DNA from: an uncultured Clostridia bacterium
Lineage (GTDB): Bacteria > Bacillota > Clostridia > Christensenellales > UBA1242
Length of the DNA: 64,000 nucleotides
Direction of reading: 5' to 3'
Assembly: GCA_944376495.1 (NCBI GenBank)
Contig: CALWCW010000066.1
Span: 3,299 to 67,298, forward strand
Under the pieces are notes generated by a model. That model had not been told where the DNA came from and ran no database searches. It saw only the letters and a list, made by a program, of their open reading frames with translations. Numbering within the stretch: the stretch's first letter is position 1; each line of letters starts with the position of its first letter. A program made the position numbers and the translations under genes. Positions 34,364 to 43,904 of the stretch are shown here, piece by piece.

Positions 34364-34834
34364 ATGATAAAACTTGTTGGGAAAGATTTTACAATTGATT
34401 ATTATATTGAAAACATTTACTGTCTAGATAATTTTTCTGCGTTTAGTGTTGAGATTGATGGAGTTGTATATAAAACAATTGAACATGCGTTTCAAACATT
34501 AAAATTTTTAGAAACAGCACCTGAAGTTGCAAAAATAATAAAAAATTGCAAATCTCCATTTGAGGCACGATTATTAGCACATCAATATAAACCAATGCGA
34601 AGAAAAGATTGGGGTGAGATAAAGTATAAAGTTATGGAGATGTTATTGACGCAAAAAGTTTTACAAAACCATTATGTTAAAGAAAAACTTATAAACACAA
34701 ATCCTTATACCATCATTGAAGATTGCGGGGAAGATGATGATAAAGATTGGGGTTGTGGTTTAGATGGGACAGGAGAAAACCATTTAGGCAAAATATGGAT
34801 GAAAATACGTAACAACTTAAAAGATAATTCTTAA
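34364..34834 (+). CDS. NADAR-family (YbiA-like) protein
   Basis: Signature VYKTIEHAFQTLKF and ...DKDWGCGLDGTGENHLGKIWMKIR. ATG at 34364 after GGAGGA. Confidence 0.75.
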   Translation: MIKLVGKDFTIDYYIENIYCLDNFSAFSVEIDGVVYKTIEHAFQTLKFLETAPEVAKIIKNCKSPFEARLLAHQYKPMRRKDWGEIKYKVMEMLLTQKVLQNHYVKEKLINTNPYTIIEDCGEDDDKDWGCGLDGTGENHLGKIWMKIRNNLKDNS

Positions 34835-34923
34835 AAGAATATAGTTCCATGCCAACTTGGAGTTGTAATCTATTTAACGACTACTTTATCACTTGTTGAA
34901 TTAAGGGTGTATAATTTGAGACG

Positions 34924-34958
34924 AAGAGAGAAGTTAAATACAAACTTCTTTTTTTTGT
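34924..34958 (+). terminator. Rho-independent terminator
   Basis: AAGAGAGAAGTT-aaataca-AACTTCTTTTTT followed by TTGTTTT. Confidence 0.7.
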
Positions 34959-35028
34959 TTTACTAATTTTGTATGAAAGATTTTGCCTTTATAAAATAAT
35001 ATAGTATATTATATCATAAGGAGTTTTT

Positions 35029-35664
35029 ATGAGAGAAATTGATTTTGAAACATGGAACCGCAAGGATATTTTTAATTTATACTATCAATATGACATACCA
35101 CAAATTTCGCTATGCACACCTTTAGAGGTGTCTAGAGTATATGAATTTGCAAAATCAAAAAATTTGTCTTTTTATTTTTGCATTTGTCACATTTTCTATA
35201 CTGCACTTTTAAAATTTGAAGAATTTATGATACGTTCAATCAATGGTAAAATTGTTGTTGAAGATGGAGAATTTGCGAATATTTGTGCAACTAAACAGGG
35301 TGAAGAAATTTTTAAGATAATAAATTGCAAGTATTACTCAAATATTGAAAAATTTTGCAATGAAATGAATAACAAATTACAAACTCAAACCTCGTTTATT
35401 GAACCCTTTCCTCTTGATGCAAGAAAAAGTCAAGTTATTGCCTATATTTCCTGCACACCCTGGTTTGAGTTTTCACATATAACGCACCCTCAAGATGTCC
35501 AACGAAACTCCTTTGTGCCTCATATTAGTTTTGACAAAATGAAAATAAACGAAAAAGGTGAGCGTTGGCTCAATGTTTCTATTCAAGTAAATCATGCTGC
35601 TATCGATGGCTTTTTAATTGCTAAACTATTGGATGAAGTTAAATCAATAATAAATCATTTATAA
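35029..35664 (+). CDS. Chloramphenicol-acetyltransferase-family (type A CAT-like) protein
   Basis: N-terminus IDFETWNRKDIFNLYYQYDIPQISL and catalytic-region VNHAAIDGF (CAT has HHAVCDG). 211 aa. Confidence 0.7.
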   Translation: MREIDFETWNRKDIFNLYYQYDIPQISLCTPLEVSRVYEFAKSKNLSFYFCICHIFYTALLKFEEFMIRSINGKIVVEDGEFANICATKQGEEIFKIINCKYYSNIEKFCNEMNNKLQTQTSFIEPFPLDARKSQVIAYISCTPWFEFSHITHPQDVQRNSFVPHISFDKMKINEKGERWLNVSIQVNHAAIDGFLIAKLLDEVKSIINHL

Positions 35665-35689
35665 AATAAGTTTGGTTAATTGCATATAG

Positions 35690-35929
35690 TTTACAGCATT
35701 TTACATACACACTAGTAAAGAAGAATATTTTACAGATGAAGTTCCCCATAATTTGTCTGTTAAAATGATTGTAATTGATGAGAAAGCGTATAAACTAGGT
35801 TACGACAATAGTGATGATTCAGATTACTTTGACCTTTGTGACATAGTTCATAGATATTGTTCAATGTTTTCTTTACCTAGCAAACTTTTGGAGCAAGTTT
35901 TATCTAATAAACTATTTGAAAAATGTTAA
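35690..35929 (+). pseudogene. Possible gene remnant (open frame without a credible start; internal ATG 35765 would give 54 aa)
   Basis: The frame is open from the TAG at 35687-35689 to the TAA at 35927-35929. No SD or promoter. It lies in an otherwise empty 370-bp gap. Confidence 0.25.
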
Positions 35930-36000
35930 AATCAAAATTTAAATAAATCACGGCTAGAGAAGGTAGAACTATAAAAATCGGCAAAGATTTTATAATAAAC

Positions 36001-36029
36001 TTGACGAACTATTTGTTTTGGTTTATAAT
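36001..36029 (+). promoter_or_regulatory. Consensus-like promoter TTGACG-17-TATAAT, 6 nt before the ATG (leaderless architecture)
   Basis: -35 at 36001-36006 and -10 at 36024-36029, then TTAATC and the ATG at 36036. No SD. Confidence 0.7.
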
Positions 36030-36035
36030 TTAATC

Positions 36036-36494
36036 ATGGAGTTAAAAAATTTTGGACAACTTAAAAAAGAAGAACTTGAACAAATTATAGATATTCACTA
36101 TAACTATTGGTGCAAATTTAATCCTAGTATGATTAGAGAAAATACTGAAAACAAGTTTAAAAATCTCTATACTTTAAATCAAATACCTATTGGAATTGCT
36201 CTTTTTGATAAGAATAATTTGGTGGTCTTTTGTGTTATCAAAAAAGAGAATTTAAAAAAATATCCTCAATTTTTCCCTTGGATTTCTGATTTAATGATTT
36301 TTGAGGAGTATAGAAATAAAGGTTATGGAACATATTTGGTCAAAAACATTGTCAAGATGCTCAAAAACAAGGGTTTTGAAAAAGTTTATGTCTGGACGGA
36401 CCAAGCACCTAATTTCTACAAAAAATTGGGATTTAAATTTTTGCAAAAGATAGAAAAAAATGAAGGCGGTGAGGGGGAACTTTATGTTATTTAA
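36036..36494 (+). CDS. GNAT-family N-acetyltransferase
   Basis: Acetyl-CoA motif region IFEEYRNKGYGTYLVKNIVKMLKNKGF (R/Q-x-x-G-x-G/A). Confidence 0.8.
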   Translation: MELKNFGQLKKEELEQIIDIHYNYWCKFNPSMIRENTENKFKNLYTLNQIPIGIALFDKNNLVVFCVIKKENLKKYPQFFPWISDLMIFEEYRNKGYGTYLVKNIVKMLKNKGFEKVYVWTDQAPNFYKKLGFKFLQKIEKNEGGEGELYVI

Positions 36495-36560
36495 TTTAAT
36501 TAAAAATTAAATGTCAAAATATTAATTAAAAGAAAAATTAAAAGTGCAAAGGAATTGATT

Positions 36561-37097
36561 ATGGAAATTTATGTAATGCGACACGGAAGAACCTTTTGGA
36601 ATGAACAAGGTATCACGCAGGGTCGGACAAATAATGAGTTAAGTGATTTTGGTAAAGAGTTTACTGAAAAGGTGGCAGAAAATTTCAAGGATGTAAAAAT
36701 AGATGTGATTTTCACTTCACCACTAAAACGCACTATGCAAACTAGCGAAATTATAAACCAATATCATAATGTTAAAATAGTAAAAGATGAAAGAATTATT
36801 GAAATAGATGAAGGGATTTTCACAGGAACAAGATTTATTGATTTAACTGACGAAGAAAAAGTTTTGAAGAAAGCATATTCGCAAAGTTGCAACATTGAAA
36901 GTCCTCTTAATGTTTTTTCTCGTGTTAAAGATTTTGTTAATTGGTTAAAAGTTCAACCTTATAATAGTGTCTTGGTTGTATCACATGGTATTATTGTATC
37001 ATATCTTGAACATATATTATCCAATAAAAACGCAGAATTTGTTCAACCGCTAGAAACGTTTGATAATGCAGAAATAAAGCATTTTAATTCGAATTAA
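36561..37097 (+). CDS. Histidine phosphatase family protein (phosphoglycerate-mutase-like)
   Basis: RHG motif IYVMRHGRTFWN and a second catalytic His in VVSHGIIV. Confidence 0.8.
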   Translation: MEIYVMRHGRTFWNEQGITQGRTNNELSDFGKEFTEKVAENFKDVKIDVIFTSPLKRTMQTSEIINQYHNVKIVKDERIIEIDEGIFTGTRFIDLTDEEKVLKKAYSQSCNIESPLNVFSRVKDFVNWLKVQPYNSVLVVSHGIIVSYLEHILSNKNAEFVQPLETFDNAEIKHFNSN

Positions 37098-37186
37098 TTT
37101 ACAAAAAAGAGTTAGTGAAAAATTAAAAAATAAAATAATACAAAAATTTTAACTAATTATAAGTATAACAACAAATATTTTAAACA

Positions 37187-37225
37187 AAAGGGCTTAGTTT
37201 TTTGAAAAGTCCTTTTTATTTTTCC
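37187..37225 (+). terminator. Rho-independent terminator
   Basis: AAAGGGCTT-11 nt-AAGTCCTTT followed by TTATTTTT. Confidence 0.65.
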
Positions 37226-37281
37226 GTATCACTAAACAAGATAAAATTTAATATAGTGTTTTATGGAGAAATATTTTACAA

Positions 37282-37818
37282 ATGACTTTTGAGTTTATAC
37301 TTGCCCAAATTTTTGGTTTTGTAGCATTAATTTTAGTCTGTATATCTTATAGTTTCAATAATAAGAAAGTGTTTTTATTATATCAAATTGCATCAAACAT
37401 TTTTTATGCAATGTCCTTTTTGACTTTGGGCGTTTTAGTGGGTGGATTTAATACTCTAATTTCAATTACAAGAGTGACTTGTTTATTCTTTTTTGAAAAA
37501 GCCGACAAAACACCGCCTCATTTCGTTTATTTTATTTTTGCTCTTACATATTTTATATCAGGAAGTTTATTTTTTCAGTCAACACTTGATATAATGGCAA
37601 TAATAAGTTATGAAATTTTTAATCTTGCAATGTTTAACAAAAATATTTCAAAACTTCGATTTATGATGATTTTACCAAACTTCATGATTGCAATATATAA
37701 TCTATTAAGCAAGACTTATACAAATGCTATTTTAGATTTTATTGAAATAACGGTTTTGATTGTATCAATCATAAGATTTAAAAACTATGAAATGAAAAAA
37801 ATGAAATTTTTGATATAA
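37282..37818 (+). CDS. YgjV-family inner membrane protein
   Basis: 178 aa with about 5-6 TM segments. N-terminus ILAQIFGFVALILVCISYSFNNKKVFLLYQ resembles YgjV-type proteins. Confidence 0.6.
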   Translation: MTFEFILAQIFGFVALILVCISYSFNNKKVFLLYQIASNIFYAMSFLTLGVLVGGFNTLISITRVTCLFFFEKADKTPPHFVYFIFALTYFISGSLFFQSTLDIMAIISYEIFNLAMFNKNISKLRFMMILPNFMIAIYNLLSKTYTNAILDFIEITVLIVSIIRFKNYEMKKMKFLI

Positions 37819-37926
37819 TTTCAAAAATACTAGGTTTTTATAGCAAAAAAAATATATTTTTGTCTTTCTTTGTAGGCAATAAATAATTTTGAGTTTTCTT
37901 CACATCTTAAATGCGAGGAGGATTAT

Positions 37927-38715
37927 ATGAAGAGATTACTGACAACTTTTTTTGCTTTTACATTATTACTTGTAGGACTTTTTATAGTTCAAGATGCACC
38001 AAAGAAACCAATAGGAGCGAAACAATTTTCTTCTTCCGCTCAAGAGGTTATTGAATATACTGATGAGAGCGGGCTTTCTGGTGATAGTGAAATTGCTGTT
38101 AAGACTGGCGATGAAATTAAAAATGAGGATGTTCAAATATGTGTGATTGGGAATGCCACTAAAAGTGTCGCTCCAGATAAGGCTCATATTACGGCAGTAG
38201 TTCAAACGCTTGACATGGACATGGTAAAATCAAAAGATGATAATTTTGAAATTTTTAATAAATGTATTGATGTTTTAGTTAAAGCAGGGATTGCTAAAGA
38301 GAACATTGTGCTTGATAGTTATATTTCTTATCCAAGTTATGACTATAATGGCGGAAAAACTCTTGTTGGTTATTACTCAATAAGCACTTTTTCGTTTGAT
38401 GTTGAAAATTTATCTGACATGAAAAAATATATCGACACAGCAACTGAAAACGGAGTGACAAGCATCAGAAATATCGAGTATTCACTTTCAAATATAGATG
38501 AAGTTTATTCGGAAGTTTTAAATAATGCTTATCAAAATGCTGTAGCAAAAGCAAAAAATATAAGCGGGAGAGATGATTTGCAAGTTAAAAAATTAAAAGA
38601 AGAATATGTTTACTCTTGCACAACTTTATATAAAACCTATTCAGAAGGACTTGATAACAACAATATGATTGGCAATATTGATGTTCAGGCTCGTGTTGTT
38701 GTTGAATTTGAATAA
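37927..38715 (+). CDS. SIMPL-domain (DUF541) secreted protein
   Basis: Signal peptide. I.V.G.A...V.PD.A-type start of the SIMPL fold (ICVIGNATKSVAPDKAHITAVV). SD GAGGAGG. Confidence 0.65.
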   Translation: MKRLLTTFFAFTLLLVGLFIVQDAPKKPIGAKQFSSSAQEVIEYTDESGLSGDSEIAVKTGDEIKNEDVQICVIGNATKSVAPDKAHITAVVQTLDMDMVKSKDDNFEIFNKCIDVLVKAGIAKENIVLDSYISYPSYDYNGGKTLVGYYSISTFSFDVENLSDMKKYIDTATENGVTSIRNIEYSLSNIDEVYSEVLNNAYQNAVAKAKNISGRDDLQVKKLKEEYVYSCTTLYKTYSEGLDNNNMIGNIDVQARVVVEFE

Positions 38716-38764
38716 AAATTTGTAATTTATTTTATTTCAATTTTAATTAAAAAAATATTTTATA

Positions 38765-38803
38765 AAAAGACAAAAAAGAAAAATCTAATTTGTCTTTTTT
38801 TAT
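38765..38803 (+). terminator. Rho-independent terminator
   Basis: AAAAGACAAA-14 nt-TTTGTCTTTTTTT. Confidence 0.7.
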
Positions 38804-38899
38804 TTAGAGTGAGCAGAATATTGCGAATACGACAAATTATTTTTTATTTAATTAATTTTTATAAATTTTTAGTAAGTAAATGTTTTTTATTAAATTAAA

Positions 38900-38928
38900 T
38901 TGACAAATTATTTATTATATATTATACT
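38900..38928 (+). promoter_or_regulatory. Promoter TTGACA-17-TATACT, 8 nt before the helD ATG (leaderless architecture)
   Basis: -35 at 38900-38905 and -10 at 38923-38928, then AAATTATT and the ATG at 38937. No SD. Confidence 0.65.
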
Positions 38929-38936
38929 AAATTATT

Positions 38937-40973
38937 ATGATTATTGATGAAGAAAGAAAAAAATATTGTGAAATCAAAGACAAACTTGTTTCATACAGGC
39001 AACATCTAGAGGACGAAAAAGAACTGATAGATAAAGTCAAAGATAACGATATTCAATATATGCTTCAAGAAATCAATGCAAGGCAAATCTATCAATATGA
39101 AAAAAATAAATTGCGTCCTTATTTTGCAAAGATTATTTTTTGCAAAGATGACCAAATTGAACCAGAAATTGTTTATATAGGAAGAATTGGGTTTGCAAAT
39201 TTAGATGATGATATAATAATTGACTGGCGTGCTCCAATTTCTGACCTTTATTATAATTCAAGGCTTGGAAGTGCAAGTTATAAGACAGAAGAAAATTTTG
39301 TGATTAGCGGTGAACTTACGCTAAAACGTCAAATAAATTTTGAAAATGGTGAAATCATATCTGTTTATGATTTAGATAACTCAATAAGTGGTGATGAATT
39401 TTTGCAACCTTATTTAAATGCTTCAGCAGATAACAGACTTAAAAACATTATAGCAACAATTCAAGAGGAGCAAGATAAAATAATTAGAATGCCACTTGGA
39501 GATAATCTAATCGTTCAAGGAGTTGCAGGAAGCGGGAAAACCACCGTTGCATTACATAGGCTTTCGTATTTAATTTACAACAACAGAAAAAGTATTAAGC
39601 CAGATAAGTATTTCATTATCTCGCCAAACATGATATTTAAAAGTTATATTTCATCTTTGCTCGAAGAACTTGATGCAGACCAAGTGAATAGTTCAAGCAT
39701 GGAAGATATCATAAATGTTTTTATCAATAAAGAATATAGGATTTTAAACAAACATGAAATGCACGATATTCTTGAGCAAAAAGGCGAAAATGACGACTTT
39801 TTAAGGTTTAAGGGAAGCGAAGAGTTTGTTCAAGTAATTGATAAATTTATTGAGGACTATGAAAAAGAGTTCTCTTGTCAAGACTTTTTGGTTAAAGGTA
39901 TAAAAATTTTAGATAAATCGGTTTTATATGATAAATATATTCACAATAAAAAAAGCACTATCGAAAATTCAGTTTTCGTTTGGGCTAATGCAATGGACTC
40001 ATTTGTCAAAGATAATGAGGAGATTGAAGAGCATATCAAAAATCTTTATGTTACAGATAAAATTTCTTTTAATCAAAAAATTGAAATTGAAAGAGAACTT
40101 CAAAAAAGTATAAAGGGGAAGATTTTTAAATTTTATAAAAAGAAATCTTTAATGGAACTTTATAAAAAATGTATAAACCAAATTGAAAGATATACCGATT
40201 ATAAATATAGCAAGATTTTGAAAAAATATACCCTTGATAATTTGAATAAAAACATAATCTCTTATGATGACATTGGTGCGCTTATATACCTTTATACAAA
40301 GGTGTTCAATCAAAACGAATTTGAAGATATAAAACTTGTTGCAATTGATGAAGCACAAGACCTATCATTTCTAACATTTAAAGCCTTAAAAGAACTATTT
40401 AAACAGGCAAACTTTTCAATTTTTGGAGATATGGCACAAGGAATTTATGGCTATCAATCTATTAATAAGTGGTCAGAAATTGCCTCGATATATGATAGCC
40501 CAAAATTTCTTCATTTAAATAAGAGTTATAGAACGACAATAGAGATTACTTCTTTTGCAAATGAAACATTGAAAAAAATGGATTATCAACTTGCGGACAA
40601 CGTTATTAGGCATGGAGAAAAAGTGCGACAAATTGAAACAATGCAAGTTAAAGATATGATTTTGCAAGAGATAGAACAATCCAAGAAAAAGGGTTTCAAA
40701 TCTTGTGCCGTAATTTGCAAAGATAAAAATGAACTTTATAAGGCAAATGAACTTCTTAAAGGCATTGTAAAAATGCAAGAAGAAAACGATTCAGATTATG
40801 ATGACAACCAAACAGTTTTATTGACACTTGAATCTGCAAAAGGTCTTGAGTTTGATTTTGTCATAATTTATGATAGTGGAAGTTATGAAGATAACTTGCT
40901 TGATAATAAAAGATATTATGTGGCTCAAACTCGTGCATTGCATGAACTTGTCATAATAAATCAAAAAAAATAA
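38937..40973 (+). CDS. helD: HelD-type (helicase IV-like) UvrD-family ATPase
   Basis: HelD N-terminal signature IIDWRAPISDLYY, Walker A GVAGSGKTT, Walker B AIDEAQD, and a UvrD C-terminal domain (ESAKGLEFDFVII). Confidence 0.85.
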   Translation: MIIDEERKKYCEIKDKLVSYRQHLEDEKELIDKVKDNDIQYMLQEINARQIYQYEKNKLRPYFAKIIFCKDDQIEPEIVYIGRIGFANLDDDIIIDWRAPISDLYYNSRLGSASYKTEENFVISGELTLKRQINFENGEIISVYDLDNSISGDEFLQPYLNASADNRLKNIIATIQEEQDKIIRMPLGDNLIVQGVAGSGKTTVALHRLSYLIYNNRKSIKPDKYFIISPNMIFKSYISSLLEELDADQVNSSSMEDIINVFINKEYRILNKHEMHDILEQKGENDDFLRFKGSEEFVQVIDKFIEDYEKEFSCQDFLVKGIKILDKSVLYDKYIHNKKSTIENSVFVWANAMDSFVKDNEEIEEHIKNLYVTDKISFNQKIEIERELQKSIKGKIFKFYKKKSLMELYKKCINQIERYTDYKYSKILKKYTLDNLNKNIISYDDIGALIYLYTKVFNQNEFEDIKLVAIDEAQDLSFLTFKALKELFKQANFSIFGDMAQGIYGYQSINKWSEIASIYDSPKFLHLNKSYRTTIEITSFANETLKKMDYQLADNVIRHGEKVRQIETMQVKDMILQEIEQSKKKGFKSCAVICKDKNELYKANELLKGIVKMQEENDSDYDDNQTVLLTLESAKGLEFDFVIIYDSGSYEDNLLDNKRYYVAQTRALHELVIINQKK

Positions 40974-41145
40974 AATATAAAATTGAAAAAATAAAAATAT
41001 TTAAGGAAATAAAATAAAAAAATAATAAAATAAATTTTAAAAACAATAATAAATTATAATAAAAAATAAATAAAAATTTTAAAAATTATTTTATTAATTA
41101 AAAATATAAACTTAAACTAAAACTAAATTAATTAAAAATTTAATT
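40974..41145. other. Almost pure A+T spacer (helD to methyltransferase)
   Basis: About 170 bp, A-rich on the plus strand with very few G/C. No hairpin terminator. Confidence 0.9.
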
Positions 41146-41154
41146 GGAGAATGA

Positions 41155-41940
41155 ATGGACAAAAATTTAATTAATTATGGTCAGCATTATATGATTGACG
41201 AAACTATTTTTGATAAACTGATTGAAGAGAGTGAATTAAAGCCAAATGACATTGTTTTAGAAATTGGTGCTGGCGATGGAAGGTTGACAAAGAAACTATG
41301 CTCAAAATGTCAAAAAGTCATTTCTTTTGAAATTGACAGGCGAAATAAAGTTGAATTAGAAAAGTTAAATTTAAAAAATGTCATATTTTACTTTTGTAAC
41401 TTTCTAGATTTTAGTTTTCCTCTTTCTTTTAACAAAATTATTGCTTCTTTGCCTTATCAAATAACCGAACCTTTTATTGAAAAAATATCAAGACTAGATT
41501 TTGAGAGTGCGACCTTAATTGTAGGGAAAAAATTTGCAGAAGGTTGTGACAAGAAAAGACTCACGAAAAATGCTATTTATACCAATTGCTATTTTAATGT
41601 TTCATATATACAAGATGTTTCTCCAGATAAATTTAACCCACCACCAAAGGTTTATTCTTCTATTATCAAACTTGTGAAAAAAAGTAAAAACGAGTTGTTG
41701 GAAGAAAAAAGTTTCTTTATTTTTAAACAACTTTTTGAGCAAAGAGATAAGAAACTTAAAAATGCCTTAAAAGAAAGTCTTATAAGATATTATCAAGAAA
41801 AGGGTGAGGTTTTAACGCAAAAAGAAAGCAAAGCCAAGATATCTCAAATTTTTACTGATGAAGAACTTGACCTCTATATTGAAAATTTTACAAATCAACA
41901 ATATGAAAATCTTTGGAAGAAGGTGGATAAGTTAAACTAA
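41155..41940 (+). CDS. rRNA adenine N6-methyltransferase family protein (KsgA/Erm-like, divergent)
   Basis: GQHYMID (compare GQNFL), SAM motif EIGAGDGRLT, and ASLPYQITEP (compare NLPYxIxTP). 261 aa. Confidence 0.7.
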   Translation: MDKNLINYGQHYMIDETIFDKLIEESELKPNDIVLEIGAGDGRLTKKLCSKCQKVISFEIDRRNKVELEKLNLKNVIFYFCNFLDFSFPLSFNKIIASLPYQITEPFIEKISRLDFESATLIVGKKFAEGCDKKRLTKNAIYTNCYFNVSYIQDVSPDKFNPPPKVYSSIIKLVKKSKNELLEEKSFFIFKQLFEQRDKKLKNALKESLIRYYQEKGEVLTQKESKAKISQIFTDEELDLYIENFTNQQYENLWKKVDKLN

Positions 41941-42059
41941 ACATTTACTTCTAATATATTTTATTTTATATGATGTTAATAAAAATTTTAAACATCTTAA
42001 AAAATACTTGTTAATAAATCAATCTTTTTTATGAATTATATTTAATGATTTAAAAGAGA

Positions 42060-42088
42060 TTGATTTTTTTTGTAATATTTTATATAAT
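42060..42088 (+). promoter_or_regulatory. Promoter TTGATT-17-TATAAT, 7 nt before the lepA ATG (leaderless architecture)
   Basis: -35 at 42060-42065 and -10 at 42083-42088, then CTTTGTT and the ATG at 42096. No SD. Confidence 0.65.
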
Positions 42089-42095
42089 CTTTGTT

Positions 42096-43904
42096 ATGGA
42101 AAGAATTAAAAGAATAAGAAATTTTTGTATAGTTGCTCATATTGACCACGGCAAGTCAACTCTTGCTGACAGGCTTATTGAAAGCACGGGAACGCTTGCT
42201 AAACGTGATATGCAAGCACAGATATTAGATAATATGGATTTAGAACGTGAAAAGGGAATTACAATAAAGTTGACACCAACTAGGATGAATTACACATTTG
42301 AAGGAGAGGAATACGAACTCAATTTGATTGATACTCCAGGTCATGTTGATTTTACTTATGAGGTTTCACGTTCTTTAGCGGCTTGTGAGGGTGCGATTTT
42401 AATTGTTGATGCTTCTCAAGGGGTTGAGGCTCAAACTCTTGCCAACGCTTATCTTGCCATTGACAACAATCTTGAAATACTTCCAGTTATAAACAAGATT
42501 GACCTTCCAAGTGCAAGACCTGAAGAGGTTAAAAAAGAGATTGAAGATGTCGTTGGAATACCAGCAATGCATGCACCATGTATATCAGCAAAAGATGGGA
42601 CAAATATTGATGAAGTTCTTAAAATGATTGTCAAAGAGTTTCCTTCTCCAAAGGGTGACGAAAATGGACTTTTAAAATGTTTGATTTTTGATAGTTACTA
42701 TGACAATTTTAAAGGTGCTATTTGTCTTATACGTGTTTTTGACGGAACTATTAAGGTTGGAGATAAAATCAAGATGATGCAAACAGGCAAAACATACGAA
42801 GTGACCGAAGTCGGCATTTTTGTACCTAACGAAAAAACTGTTGATAAACTTGAAGCGGGTGACGTTGGTTATATTGCAGGTTCTATTAAAAATATTTCTG
42901 ATATTGAGGTGGGTGACACAATAACAAGTGCAGATAATCCTATTACAGAGGCTTTACCAGGCTATAAAAAAGTTCAACCAGTTGTTTTTTGTGGGGTCTT
43001 TCCAGTTGACGGAGCAAAATATAACGAACTTAAAGATGCTCTTGAAAAATTAAAATTAAATGATGCTTCTCTTGATTTTATGCCTGAAGTTTCTCAAGCA
43101 TTGGGATTTGGTTTTAGATGTGGCTTTTTAGGTCTTTTACATCTTGAAATCATAACAGCACGCATAGAGAGAGAATATAACCTTGATATTATTACAACAG
43201 CACCAAGTGTGCATTATCATGTTCATAAGACGAATGGTGAAATGCTTGAAATTTCCAATCCTTCTTCACTTCCAAATCCAGTTGAAATTGATTATATTGA
43301 AGAACCTGTTGTCAAAAGTAGTATTTTTGCTCCACCTGAATATGTCGGTGCGATTATGGAACTTTGTCAAGAAAAACGAGGAGTTTATAAAGGTTTAACT
43401 TATCTAGATTCAAACAGGGTTCGAGTAGATTATACTTTGCCACTTGGAGAAATAGTCTTTGATTTTTTTGATAGTTTAAAGTCAAGAACAAAGGGTTATG
43501 CAAGTTTTGACTATGAACTTGCAGGTTACAGCAGAAGTGACCTAGTTAAAGTTGATATTCTTCTCAATGGCGAAAAATGTGATGCACTTTCAATCATAGT
43601 TCATAAAGATAAGGCATATTCAAGAGGTCGAGCACTAACTGAAAAACTCAAAAAAATCATTCCACGCCAACTTTTTGAAGTTCCAATTCAAGCCGCTATA
43701 GGCACTAAAGTTATTGCAAGAGAAACAATTTCGGCTATGAGAAAAGATGTCCTAGCAAAATGTTATGGCGGAGATATAACAAGAAAACGTAAACTACTTG
43801 AAAAACAAAAGGAAGGGAAAAAACGTATGAGAAAAATAGGTTCTGTTGAAATTCCTTCCGAGGCTTTTATGTCAATATTAAAACTTGATGATGAGGACAA
43901 ATAA
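42096..43904 (+). CDS. lepA: Elongation factor 4 (LepA)
   Basis: N-terminus [27 protein letters not shown] plus the LepA-specific C-terminal domain. The track TTG start at 42060 coincides with the -35 box and is rejected. Confidence 0.93.
   Translation: MERIKRIRNFCIVAHIDHGKSTLADRLIESTGTLAKRDMQAQILDNMDLEREKGITIKLTPTRMNYTFEGEEYELNLIDTPGHVDFTYEVSRSLAACEGAILIVDASQGVEAQTLANAYLAIDNNLEILPVINKIDLPSARPEEVKKEIEDVVGIPAMHAPCISAKDGTNIDEVLKMIVKEFPSPKGDENGLLKCLIFDSYYDNFKGAICLIRVFDGTIKVGDKIKMMQTGKTYEVTEVGIFVPNEKTVDKLEAGDVGYIAGSIKNISDIEVGDTITSADNPITEALPGYKKVQPVVFCGVFPVDGAKYNELKDALEKLKLNDASLDFMPEVSQALGFGFRCGFLGLLHLEIITARIEREYNLDIITTAPSVHYHVHKTNGEMLEISNPSSLPNPVEIDYIEEPVVKSSIFAPPEYVGAIMELCQEKRGVYKGLTYLDSNRVRVDYTLPLGEIVFDFFDSLKSRTKGYASFDYELAGYSRSDLVKVDILLNGEKCDALSIIVHKDKAYSRGRALTEKLKKIIPRQLFEVPIQAAIGTKVIARETISAMRKDVLAKCYGGDITRKRKLLEKQKEGKKRMRKIGSVEIPSEAFMSILKLDDEDK

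Noticed and set aside
34301-38805. Interpretation as a bona fide integrated genomic island at tRNA-Leu.
   Set aside because: No integrase or recombinase gene is present, and I could find no direct repeat of the tRNA 3' end (…ACTCCCATCTTCCGCACCA) downstream. Only the weaker 'mosaic accessory region' statement is retained.
35029-41940. CAT-family gene plus Erm/KsgA-like methyltransferase read as an acquired antibiotic-resistance cluster.
   Set aside because: The two genes are 5.5 kb apart, separated by unrelated genes, and have the local composition. No mobile-element genes are nearby. The CAT-like catalytic region (NHAAIDGF) and the methyltransferase motifs are divergent, so a resistance function cannot be asserted from sequence alone.
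42060-42095. Upstream TTG/GTG/ATG start extensions proposed by the ORF track (also 8320, 12312, 13879, 18158, 20701, 21187, 25431, 27419, 29961, 34346, 36018, 36555, 45130, 54880).
   Set aside because: In each case an internal ATG is preceded by a proper SD or by a promoter positioned for leaderless initiation. The conserved protein N-terminus begins at that ATG. The extensions read through promoter or spacer sequence.
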